From Thermodesulfobacteriota bacterium (GTDB taxonomy: Bacteria; Desulfobacterota; Desulfobacteria; Desulfobacterales; ETH-SRB1): a stretch of 44,643 nt of DNA. Shown here piece by piece: positions 35,666 through 43,643 of this stretch (position 1 is its first letter; each line of letters starts with the position of its first letter). Where the stretch lies: contig JAYENE010000125.1 of the NCBI GenBank assembly GCA_034721935.1, positions 1 through 44,643 on the forward strand, in the 5' to 3' direction. Made by a program: the position numbers and the translations under genes. The notes under the pieces were generated by a model, which saw only the letters and a program-made list of their open reading frames with translations, did not search any database and was not told where the DNA came from.

Positions 35666-35747
35666 TAAATTGTATTTCAAAATAGGAACCAACAAAATAA
35701 AATGGAGAGGTTCTTAGATTTCATCCTTTTCCCATTTGAATTTTGCA
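35666..35747. repeat. Direct repeat, copy B (pseudo-copy of bactofilin 3-prime end abutting the intact EEP gene end)
   Basis: gta aat tgt att tca aaa TAG gaa cca aca aaa taa mirrors the bactofilin tail INCISKQEPTK-stop with CAG changed to TAG. It lies 1703 bp downstream of copy A. Confidence 0.75.
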
Positions 35748-36502
35748 TAAAGAGGGTAGTGATCTGACGGATAAACCCCATCAATTGTATCATATATTAT
35801 TTTGCATTCCTGAGGAATAATCCCTCCGCGATAAAGAATCCAGTCAATATGATCCCCGTTAATATTTCCTGTAAATCCATGACGGGTGCCCGGATAGGGC
35901 TTGTTGAAAGTGTTTTTAAAATATAGCCGGTCAGGCGCCTTTGATTTTTGATCCCCTCCTGTGAATATCATGTAGCATGGATAGGATGGTGTTGCATTAA
36001 AGTCTCCCATGAGAATTATGGGCGGCTCAGGCGGCAGGTGTGATAGCCGTTCCATAATCAGCTTGGCGCTTTTGGTCTGGACTGCGGCATCAAAATCAAA
36101 GTGGGTATTTATATATATCAAAATCCGGTTATTATTTTTAAACATTCCAATAGTACATTGCCTGGGCCAACGACTTTCCCGGGAACGGCTGGGTATCATT
36201 GGCGTTGGGCTCAGAAAAAAGTGTTCATTATGGATGCATTCCCAGGTTTTTTTATAGAAAATAATATTGTTTTGCCAAAAGGACGGAGCAGGGCTTCGCT
36301 TTCCAATAAAGTTGAATTCAGGCAGGATATCATTGAGAAAATCTGTTTGGAAATCGTTTGCTTCCTGAAAACCGATAAAGTCTATGCTATGGTTTTTGAA
36401 AAGACAGGGAAAGCATTTTTTTCGGTGATCCCAACTGTTTGGGCCGTCATCTGCCAGGCCAAAGCGCAGATTGAGTGTTAGTACAGAAAATATATTATCC
36501 AT
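35714..36502 (-). CDS. Endonuclease/exonuclease/phosphatase (EEP) family protein
   Basis: 262 aa. Matches include FSVLTLNLRFG, IGFQEA, NTHFD, MGDFN and the C-terminal SDHYPLYAKF catalytic-His motif of the EEP fold. Confidence 0.85.
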   Translation of the reverse strand: MDNIFSVLTLNLRFGLADDGPNSWDHRKKCFPCLFKNHSIDFIGFQEANDFQTDFLNDILPEFNFIGKRSPAPSFWQNNIIFYKKTWECIHNEHFFLSPTPMIPSRSRESRWPRQCTIGMFKNNNRILIYINTHFDFDAAVQTKSAKLIMERLSHLPPEPPIILMGDFNATPSYPCYMIFTGGDQKSKAPDRLYFKNTFNKPYPGTRHGFTGNINGDHIDWILYRGGIIPQECKIIYDTIDGVYPSDHYPLYAKFKWEKDEI

Positions 36503-36567
36503 TTAATTATTTCTAACCATTTCAGTAGATAGTAGTCAATTTAAATTATTTTACCTGATTTTTATCC

Positions 36568-36596
36568 TTGACACAATATAATATTTAAATTTATAA
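36568..36596 (+). promoter_or_regulatory. Putative sigma70-type promoter for rplM-rpsI
   Basis: TTGACA (36568-36573), a 17-nt spacer, then TTATAA (36591-36596), about 30 nt upstream of the rplM GTG. Sequence match only. Confidence 0.3.
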
Positions 36597-36624
36597 GAAA
36601 CATTTTTTAGGGAGAAAAGATAGA

Positions 36625-37053
36625 GTGAAAAAATATACATACAGTGCGACTCGGTCAGATAACAAGGGTAAATGGTGTATTGTTGATGCAAAAGGAATGG
36701 TTCTCGGCAGGCTGGCTTCTTTGATAGCTTCACGTCTTAGGGGTAAACACAATCCGTTATTTACACCTCATGTGGATACCGGTGACTGGGTTATAGTCAT
36801 AAACGCTGACAAAATTGTTCTTACCGGAAGAAAATTGGACCAGAAATGCTATTACCGGCATAGCGGTTATATTGGAGGGTTAAAGACAATTACTGCAAAG
36901 AAACTATTGGAAAAGAGGCCTGAGGATGTTATCCGTTTTGCTGTCAAGGGGATGTTGCCTAAAAACAGGCTTGGGAGCAAGCTGTTTAAAAAGTTGAAAG
37001 TTTATGCAGGCGATAAACATCCTCATATAGCTCACCAACCAGAGGCTATTTAA
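36625..37053 (+). CDS. rplM: 50S ribosomal protein L13
   Basis: [52 protein letters not shown] is a canonical L13 sequence. GTG start with GGGAG upstream. Confidence 0.95.
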   Translation: MKKYTYSATRSDNKGKWCIVDAKGMVLGRLASLIASRLRGKHNPLFTPHVDTGDWVIVINADKIVLTGRKLDQKCYYRHSGYIGGLKTITAKKLLEKRPEDVIRFAVKGMLPKNRLGSKLFKKLKVYAGDKHPHIAHQPEAI

Positions 37054-37076
37054 CATTTTTCAATCAGAAATGTGAG

Positions 37077-37230
37077 TTTGAACTTATAAAATCCCAAATC
37101 ACAAGCATCAAATTACAAATAAATCCCAAGCTTGAATATTCAATGACCAAAACATGTTTGGAGTTTCAAATCTGCCCGACGGATGGCAGGCGGGTTTTGG
37201 TTATTGTAATTTATTTGATATTTGATATTT
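37077..37230. repeat. Bipartite AT-rich element G (rplM-rpsI copy)
   Basis: The left arm (37077-37127) matches 22137-22187 at nearly every position, and the right arm ATGGCAGGCGGGTTTTGGTTATTGTAATTTATTTGATATTTG (37183-37230) matches 22491-22566. It fills most of the 236-bp spacer inside the L13-S9 operon. Confidence 0.75.
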
Positions 37231-37289
37231 GTTGTTTCCGGAAAGGAAATTCCTATACAATAAATTTAATTATTATCAGGAAGCAGTAT

Positions 37290-37685
37290 ATGAATAAAGA
37301 AAATGTTTATTATGCAACAGGAAAGCGAAAGAGCGCTATTGCCAGAACATGGCTAATCCCCGGAAAGGGAGCAATTGTCGTTAATAATCGTCCAGTGGAT
37401 GATTATCTCAAGATTGAATCGACAAAATCAATTATGACTCAGCCGCTTGTTCTAACCAATACTATCGGGTTATTTGACATAAAGGTGCGTGTTAAAGGCG
37501 GAGGCGTTTCAGGACAGGCCGCTGCAATCAGACACGGCATTACAAAGGCGTTAATACTATCCAACCCTGAACTCAGGCAGGTTCTGAAAAAGGCCGGTTT
37601 TGTCAAACGTGATCCCAGGGTGAAAGAAAGAAAAAAATATGGTCAAAAGGGCGCAAGGGCCCGTTTTCAGTTCTCAAAACGTTAA
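37290..37685 (+). CDS. rpsI: 30S ribosomal protein S9
   Basis: [34 protein letters not shown]...[10 protein letters not shown] is a canonical S9 sequence. The ORF-track start at 37143 lies in repeat DNA and is rejected. Confidence 0.95.
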   Translation: MNKENVYYATGKRKSAIARTWLIPGKGAIVVNNRPVDDYLKIESTKSIMTQPLVLTNTIGLFDIKVRVKGGGVSGQAAAIRHGITKALILSNPELRQVLKKAGFVKRDPRVKERKKYGQKGARARFQFSKR

Positions 37686-37691
37686 TATTTA

Positions 37692-37848
37692 GGGTTCGGC
37701 AAAAAATAAGTTCGCAATTTCAGGTGTTGAGGCGCTCGGCTGACAAGGCGCGAAAAAGCATGAATATCAAGCATATTCAGAATTTTCGCAACGCAGTCAG
37801 GCGGGATGCATCGGCGTCTGAAATGTGAAGTTATTTTTTGTCGAGCCC
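37692..37848. mobile_element. 157-bp MITE family A, copy 3
   Basis: TTA is duplicated at 37689-37691 and 37849-37851. The element is inserted 3 nt after the rpsI stop and is a near-identical inverted copy of 13290-13446. Confidence 0.8.
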
Positions 37849-38108
37849 TTATATACAGGAAAATCACCGAATACATGGAATCAATAGCCTGATGATGCAC
37901 ACCATTGCGGATGCATTTGGTTGTTGGAAATGTTTTTCTGCCACATGCCATCAGCTCCTCCGATAATGATTAGCGCTGCAGCCTTAACTTGTTGCGCGTA
38001 AACCTTTCAACCTCTTTATAACCTAAGATGAGCGATTAGCTGTTAGTCCGCCAACGGTCTCTGGCGGATTAGCCTTTAGCTAAGAGCTAATGGCTAATAG
38101 CTTTATCC

Positions 38109-38146
38109 TGAACCTCTGAACCTTGAACCTCTGAACCCGTGAACGG
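38109..38146. repeat. TGAACCT/CTGAACCT tandem array
   Basis: The units are tgaacct ctgaacct tgaacct ctgaaccc gtgaacgg. The array is preceded by GCTAAT-type repeats and the hairpin TCCGCCA-acggtctc-TGGCGGA (38047-38068). Confidence 0.8.
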
Positions 38147-38192
38147 TTACAATATGCCCTTGCTTTGCCTGTGAATATTTCATCAAAATTGA

Positions 38193-38552
<360 letters not shown>

Positions 38553-38555
<3 letters not shown>

Positions 38556-38685
38556 TCGAGTAGTCAAGTGGTCAAGTCGTTGAGTAGTCAAGTAGTTAAA
38601 AGGTTGTCAACCCTGAACTCTGAACCGTGAACCCTGAACCCTTGTGAAGCAGGCTATAACCTTTGAACCTTGAACCTTGAACCGC
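38553..38685. repeat. Octamer array TAGTCAAG-type x6, then TGAACCC-type arrays
   Basis: The units tagtcgag tagtcaag tggtcaag tcgttgag tagtcaag tagttaaa lie at 38553-38600, and the first unit contains the glnB stop. They are followed by ctgaactc tgaaccg tgaaccc tgaaccc and ttgaacc x3. Confidence 0.85.
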
Positions 38686-38692
38686 TCACTTT

Positions 38693-39116
38693 AGGTAGCC
38701 CTGCCCTTTACCCATAAGTTATCTCTCCATTAGTAATTAACAGTTATCAATTGATTATTAACTATTATTATTGGCTTTTGGGGCATAAATATAAAAACAT
38801 AAAACAAATAAGGCTCAACCGGAACTGGTGTGACACCGAACCCCGTCAACCGGAATCAGTGTGGTCAATAGAATCAATCTGTTACACAAATCATTGTTAA
38901 GATATCAATATCTTAAGGATGGTATTAAGGGTAAAAAAATGCCACTTTTTTGATTTTGGCATAACTACCTGTAAAACAACGTAAAAACGGCAAAAAGAGG
39001 GTCGATTTACCACATCAGTTCCGGTTGAACCACAAATAATCAATTGTCAATAACTAATTGTTAATTAAGGATAAAAATATGTCTCAATACTTATGGGTAA
39101 AGGGCAGAGGTAGCCT
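38693..39116. repeat. Composite nested palindrome upstream of the cytochrome operon
   Basis: The outer 19-bp perfect arms are CTGCCCTTTACCCATAAGT (38701-38719) and ACTTATGGGTAAAGGGCAG (39089-39107). The inner AT-rich arms are taattaacagttatcaattgattatt (38732-) and aataatcaattgtcaataactaattgttaatta (39035-39067). MITE F copy 2 is inserted in the centre. Confidence 0.75.
38812..39031. mobile_element. 220-bp MITE family F, copy 2 (inverted relative to copy 1)
   Basis: Same TIRs as copy 1. An 8-bp TSD ACAAATAA lies at 38804-38811 and 39032-39039. It carries an 11-bp indel relative to copy 1. Confidence 0.85.
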
Positions 39117-39123
39117 TTGATTT

Positions 39124-40968
39124 GTGCAGAAGGTAATATCAAAACTTTTTATTTTTTCTCTTTTCATCTTTTGCTCTGGTGGCTGCGACTATGCAGGCAA
39201 AATCGATTCAACCTGTGTGTCCTGTCACAAGGGGCTGGAGCCGGCTTCGGCTGTTCACACCTCCTGTGTTGCGTGCCATGGGGGCAACCCCAAGGAAAAA
39301 GACAAGAAAGCTTCCCACCAATCCATGTTCGGCCCCAAAAATCCTGCAGATCCACGGTTCTGGGATCAATCCTGCGGCAGTTGTCACCCGTATCAACTGG
39401 GACGCATCAAGGGGAATCTGATGCACACAAACACCGGGATGATAAAGAACATTCAGGCAACATGGGAAGGCGCAAACGGCAAATTATACGGAGCCGGACC
39501 CGAGGCGGTTTCTGACGCTGCCGGGAATCCCCTGGAAATCAAAAGTGTGACCGAGCTGGATAATATTTCCGGTGAACTCTATCGCAAATTCTGCTCCCGG
39601 TGCCATGTGGGGATCGAATCGAACCGGTCCTACAGCTCCTGCCACGGGTCCGGCTGTGCGGCCTGTCATTTTCCTTACAACGACACCGCCACCTATGAAG
39701 GGAATGATTCTACCGTAAAAGGTAAGTGGCCGTATTCGGCTGACCATAAGCTCGTTGCCTTGCCCGATAACAGGGTCTGTTTTCGCTGCCATAATCGCAG
39801 TGGCAGGATCGCTCTCTCCTACGAGGGTCTGAACGATGGCAACAATTCCATGGTGCCGACCCGTAACGGCATGCCGGGCCCTATGCTGATCAGCGGGGGG
39901 CGAAACGTGGTTCATATCACCCCCGACATTCACTATGTCAAGGGGATGGATTGCATTGATTGCCATACCTCACGGGACGTCATGGGCGACGGGTATGCAT
40001 ATGAAAACATGTACCTTCAGATGGAGATCAGGTGTGAAGATTGTCACGGCAGCGCCACGGAGCGGCCAAAAGCTGAGGCGATTACGCGGGAGAACGAGGA
40101 AGCGGTGAGGGAGTCGAAAAGCTACAAAAGGCAGGTGCGGCCGGGCATGAAAATGATACTGACTGCCAGGGGGCGCAAGTACTCCAATGTGTTTTACGAG
40201 GATGAAAAGATCTATGTCCTGGGCAAGCGCAGCGGCAAGCTGCATGAAAGCAAGGTCATCACCGGCACCCCGGAACACACCATTGCAGGTCATGAGCGTA
40301 TGGAATGCTATGCCTGCCACTCGCGCACCGTGGTCCAGTGCTACGGGTGTCACACCAGGTACGATCAGTCCCGGTATGGCAAGGATTTTATCAAGGGTAT
40401 TAAGACTCCTGGCTTGTTCAGTGAAACCGAGGACTACAGGATGCTTTACCCGTTCTCTCTGGCAGTGAACCAGCGCGGGAAAATTTCGCCGGTGACCCCG
40501 GGTTGCCAGACGTTTGTGACAATGGTTGATCAGAAGGGCAGGATCATCAAAAAGGAATATGTCGCCGAATACAAAGGCAAAAACCAGTTACGATTTGCAC
40601 CCTTCTATTCACACAATACAGGGAACAAGGCCGTGGGCTGTACCGAATGCCATGGCAACCCCGCGTTTTTAGGCTTTGGCCAGCATGTTGTGGAAGGCAG
40701 CAGTATAACAGCGACCTTTATCTGCGAAAAATCGAAAGATAGGCCGCTTGATGGGTTTCTTACCATGAAGAGCGGGAGCGTGAGTCCCTTTTCTGCCATT
40801 ACACGGGAAAATTCACGACCCTTAAACAGTAAAGAGGTAAAGAATGTGCTGACTGTTAACCTCTGCCTAATTTGCCACGATAATGCCAAAGACAAAATAT
40901 ATCAAAAGGAGCTTGATTATCGTGTTCTTGACGATTGTCTCAATCGCCCTGTGCCTGTTAGCCGTTAG
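39124..40968 (+). CDS. Dodecahaem c-type cytochrome (12 CxxCH), secreted or lipid-anchored
   Basis: 614 aa with a hydrophobic N-terminus ending FCSGGC. Twelve CxxCH motifs were counted: CVSCH, CVACH, CGSCH, CSRCH, CAACH, CFRCH, CIDCH, CEDCH, CYACH, CYGCH, CTECH and CLICH. Confidence 0.85.
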   Translation: MQKVISKLFIFSLFIFCSGGCDYAGKIDSTCVSCHKGLEPASAVHTSCVACHGGNPKEKDKKASHQSMFGPKNPADPRFWDQSCGSCHPYQLGRIKGNLMHTNTGMIKNIQATWEGANGKLYGAGPEAVSDAAGNPLEIKSVTELDNISGELYRKFCSRCHVGIESNRSYSSCHGSGCAACHFPYNDTATYEGNDSTVKGKWPYSADHKLVALPDNRVCFRCHNRSGRIALSYEGLNDGNNSMVPTRNGMPGPMLISGGRNVVHITPDIHYVKGMDCIDCHTSRDVMGDGYAYENMYLQMEIRCEDCHGSATERPKAEAITRENEEAVRESKSYKRQVRPGMKMILTARGRKYSNVFYEDEKIYVLGKRSGKLHESKVITGTPEHTIAGHERMECYACHSRTVVQCYGCHTRYDQSRYGKDFIKGIKTPGLFSETEDYRMLYPFSLAVNQRGKISPVTPGCQTFVTMVDQKGRIIKKEYVAEYKGKNQLRFAPFYSHNTGNKAVGCTECHGNPAFLGFGQHVVEGSSITATFICEKSKDRPLDGFLTMKSGSVSPFSAITRENSRPLNSKEVKNVLTVNLCLICHDNAKDKIYQKELDYRVLDDCLNRPVPVSR

Positions 40969-42148
40969 TCCGGCACGCGGCCACGATATCTCGCTCAAAG
41001 GGGTGCATGCCGCCCTGCCCTGCTCTTCGTGCCATGGGGATGACGCGGAAAGGATTAGTCATCCGGCATCCCGTGACAATCGAGCCCGCGGCTGTGTGAG
41101 CTGCCACCAGGGTTACGATGCCCTGTTTGATCAGGCGATGACCACCAGGGCAAGGGAAAGGCGGTTCGTGGAACAGACCTTTGGCAAGGCCGATCCGCCC
41201 TTTTACCAAAAAAACTGTCAATCCTGCCATGTCAGGGATTGTCTGGACTGTCACGGGGAAAACAGCCACAACATCACCAGGCCGGCGCAAAGCAGTTGCC
41301 TTGGCTGCCATAAGGGGTACTTTGTCGGAGCAGACTATCTCGGTATGGCCCCCCGGGAGGATAGTGTTCGTTATCAGCGCGGGAATCTGTTTAAAGGAGA
41401 GACCTTCCTTAAGATGCTTCCTGATGTACATGCTGAGGAAGGAATGGAATGCGGCGATTGCCATTCAATGAAGAGTCTTGTCGCGGGGAGCAAATCGTCG
41501 AAAAAATGTGTTGACTGCCACAAGCCGAATGATAATGTGATTGAACATGGCATTACGGCCCATCTGACAAACTTGGAATGTTATTCCTGTCATTCAGCAT
41601 GGGCTGCCCAGGAGTATGGAACCTTTTACATCCGTTTTGTAAACAGCCCCTCTAATAAATACTTCAGGGTTAAGCAAAAAAGCGGCAGCGAATATATTAA
41701 GAGCGCCTATCTTAGAATGCAGAACCCAGCCCCTCTGGGAATTAACAATACCGGAAAAGTCAGTCCCATCCGTCCGCAGTTTATCAGTTACTTTTCCGAT
41801 ATCAGGGATGGGAAACCTGCGGGGGAGGAAAACCGGCTGCTGGCCGCGTACTGGAAGGCATTCTTCCCTCATACAATACGCAGGGGAACCGTCATGTGCG
41901 ATGGATGTCATAACAACGCGCGCAGGTTTATTCTGGAAAAAGAGGAAAACAGGATTTACCAGTTGCAGATAGACGGCATGGCCCTCAATTCCTTCTGGGA
42001 CCAGGCTGGTCAGGAAGTGATAAATGGGTTTTTTATGGAGCCTTCGCGGTTTGCCAGTATGTCCTCGAAAAGTCCCGCTTATACAAAAGCCTATGTAAAA
42101 AAATGGAAAAGGTTGGTAGATCGCGTCGAAGATTCATCAAGGCAGTAG
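40883..42148 (+). CDS. Nonahaem c-type cytochrome (9 CxxCH)
   Basis: 421 aa with signal peptide MPKTKYIKRSLIIVFLTIVSIALCLLAVSPARG. Nine CxxCH motifs are present. The C-terminal half is paralogous to the upstream cytochrome (ECYSCH...GKVSPIRPQF...CDGCHNN versus ECYACH...GKISPVTPGC...CTECHGN). It overlaps the upstream gene by 86 nt. Confidence 0.8.
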   Translation: MPKTKYIKRSLIIVFLTIVSIALCLLAVSPARGHDISLKGVHAALPCSSCHGDDAERISHPASRDNRARGCVSCHQGYDALFDQAMTTRARERRFVEQTFGKADPPFYQKNCQSCHVRDCLDCHGENSHNITRPAQSSCLGCHKGYFVGADYLGMAPREDSVRYQRGNLFKGETFLKMLPDVHAEEGMECGDCHSMKSLVAGSKSSKKCVDCHKPNDNVIEHGITAHLTNLECYSCHSAWAAQEYGTFYIRFVNSPSNKYFRVKQKSGSEYIKSAYLRMQNPAPLGINNTGKVSPIRPQFISYFSDIRDGKPAGEENRLLAAYWKAFFPHTIRRGTVMCDGCHNNARRFILEKEENRIYQLQIDGMALNSFWDQAGQEVINGFFMEPSRFASMSSKSPAYTKAYVKKWKRLVDRVEDSSRQ

Positions 42149-42495
42149 CTTTTGTAATCGCTTCTGTTTCACTGGTTTGGAAATTCCTGATTCCCCGGGT
42201 TTCTCGGAAAAAACCCTTGCTGCGTGTGGCAAAAGCAGAGATTCCCCCTGGCGGGGCCCTTGTTTTCCGGAAATCGAGAGTGGCTATCATAAGGGAGGGC
42301 GATGATATTTATGCCCTTAGCATTGTGTGTACCCATCTCGGGTGTAGCGTCAACGTAACTCCCAGGGAGCTGATTTGCCCGTGCCACGGCAGCGTTTTCG
42401 GCAGGGACGGAGCGGTTTTCAAGGGACCCGCAGATCGTCCGTTGAAACAGCTTGCAGTGGAAGAACGCGGTGAATTCATTGTTGTCCTGGGCTGA
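42103..42495 (+). CDS. Rieske [2Fe-2S] subunit of a cytochrome bc-type complex
   Basis: 130 aa with a twin-arginine leader (SRRRFIKAVAF) and TM anchor. Box I is CTHLGC and box II is CPCHGSVF, including the disulfide cysteines typical of bc/b6f Rieske proteins. Confidence 0.88.
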   Translation: MEKVGRSRRRFIKAVAFVIASVSLVWKFLIPRVSRKKPLLRVAKAEIPPGGALVFRKSRVAIIREGDDIYALSIVCTHLGCSVNVTPRELICPCHGSVFGRDGAVFKGPADRPLKQLAVEERGEFIVVLG

Positions 42496-43123
42496 GGCAG
42501 TTTTGTTCAAAGACTTTTTGGAACACATCTTTCCCAGGCTTATTCTCCAGAAGAATCTCAGTATAAGCTATACCTTTTGTCTTGGCGGGCTTGCTTTTAC
42601 GGCCTTTATACTGCTAATTGTTTCCGGGCTGCTTTTACTCTTTTATTATCAGCCGTGTCCTGAAAAGGCTTTCGAGTCGATCCTGTTTCTGGAGTCTTCC
42701 GTCACCGGAGGCTGTTTTGTCAGGAGCCTCCACCGGCTTGCTTCCCACGCTTTCCTTGTGTTTATCTTCCTGCATACGTTGCGGGTTATTCTCACCGGGG
42801 CATACAGAAAACCGCGGGAGCTTAACTGGGTAATCGGTTTTGTCATCCTCTGTTTCGCTGTTTTTGAAGCCTACGCCGGTTATCTGCTTCCGATGGATCA
42901 ACTTGCATTCTGGGGAACCCACACCGGCATGGAACTGATTAGTACGGTGCCTTTCGGAGAAATGATACGGAATTTTTTAGTCCCTGACGAAATTGGGCAG
43001 GCAATGTCCCTGCTCAGGTTTTACACATTACATATTGCGGTTATCCCTTTGGCGATCGCGTTACTCTGTTTTTTGCATTTCTACCGAATTCGCCACGACA
43101 AGGGGGTGTTACCATACCTGTGA
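42452..43123 (+). CDS. Cytochrome b, b6-like (N-terminal four-helix half)
   Basis: Helix B His pair with 13 intervening residues (LHRLASHAFLVFIFLH) and helix D His pair with 14 intervening residues (LHIAVIPLAIALLCFLH), the b6-type spacing. FCLGG matches the YCLGG haem-ci cysteine context of b6. The start is uncertain: TTG 42452 overlaps the Rieske gene, and TTG 42503 is an alternative. Confidence 0.85.
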   Translation: MQWKNAVNSLLSWAEAVLFKDFLEHIFPRLILQKNLSISYTFCLGGLAFTAFILLIVSGLLLLFYYQPCPEKAFESILFLESSVTGGCFVRSLHRLASHAFLVFIFLHTLRVILTGAYRKPRELNWVIGFVILCFAVFEAYAGYLLPMDQLAFWGTHTGMELISTVPFGEMIRNFLVPDEIGQAMSLLRFYTLHIAVIPLAIALLCFLHFYRIRHDKGVLPYL

Positions 43124-43533
43124 AAGGCTACATACAAAGTTCCCCATTTTTTTTCCGGCTCATAGCGATTTCCATGGGCTTGCTGGTCGCCTTTTTAGTG
43201 ATTCTCGCGATTATCATCCTGGCGCCGCTTGATGGCCCGGCCGATATCGCAAGTGTGCCGAATCCCATTAAATCCGCATGGTTTCTGCTGTGGATCCAGG
43301 AGCTGGTCAGTTATTCTAACTATCTGGTTTACCTTATTATCTTCCTTGGACTCTACTTTTTATTACTCCCTTACCTGCCTGGTAGTCCTGAATGCAAAAG
43401 AGCAAGGTGGCTGCAGAAAGATCAGTTGCCAATCAGTATCCTGACAATGATGATCTTTTTTGCGATCCTTGTGTTGACGGTTGTCGCCATGTTTTTCAGA
43501 GGTGAAAATTGGGCATTTGTTTTCAATCTTTAA
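43120..43533 (+). CDS. Cytochrome b C-terminal half / subunit IV-like protein
   Basis: 137 aa with 3 hydrophobic helices. PNPIKSAWFLLWIQELV aligns with the P.HIKPEWYFLFAYAILR Qo-site segment of cytochrome b/PetD. GTG start with a GTGA overlap on the cyt b stop. Confidence 0.7.
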   Translation: MKGYIQSSPFFFRLIAISMGLLVAFLVILAIIILAPLDGPADIASVPNPIKSAWFLLWIQELVSYSNYLVYLIIFLGLYFLLLPYLPGSPECKRARWLQKDQLPISILTMMIFFAILVLTVVAMFFRGENWAFVFNL

Positions 43534-43550
43534 TCCACAGATTACGCAGA

Positions 43551-43631
43551 CCCGCCTGCCACTGCGAGCTCGCCCGCCAGCCAAGCCTAACGGATTCACA
43601 GGCGAGGCGGTCTGGGGCACAAGCGGGCAGG
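43551..43631. repeat. 81-bp GC-rich insert flanked by a 9-bp direct repeat
   Basis: TTACGCAGA occurs at 43542-43550 and 43632-43640, immediately flanking CCCGCCTGCCA...AGCGGGCAGG. The same terminal words occur at 8999-9064. Confidence 0.55.
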
Positions 43632-43643
43632 TTACGCAGATTT

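Noticed and set aside
37682-37951. 89-aa minus-strand ORF downstream of rpsI
   Set aside because: Most of it is translated from MITE A copy 3. The same DNA occurs at two other loci in non-coding contexts.
39164-41911. Multiple antisense or alternative-frame ORFs in the cytochrome genes (for example 39484-39966, 39970-40353, 40958-41464, 41594-41911)
   Set aside because: These are shadow ORFs typical of GC-richer coding DNA. The sense frames carry 21 CxxCH motifs.
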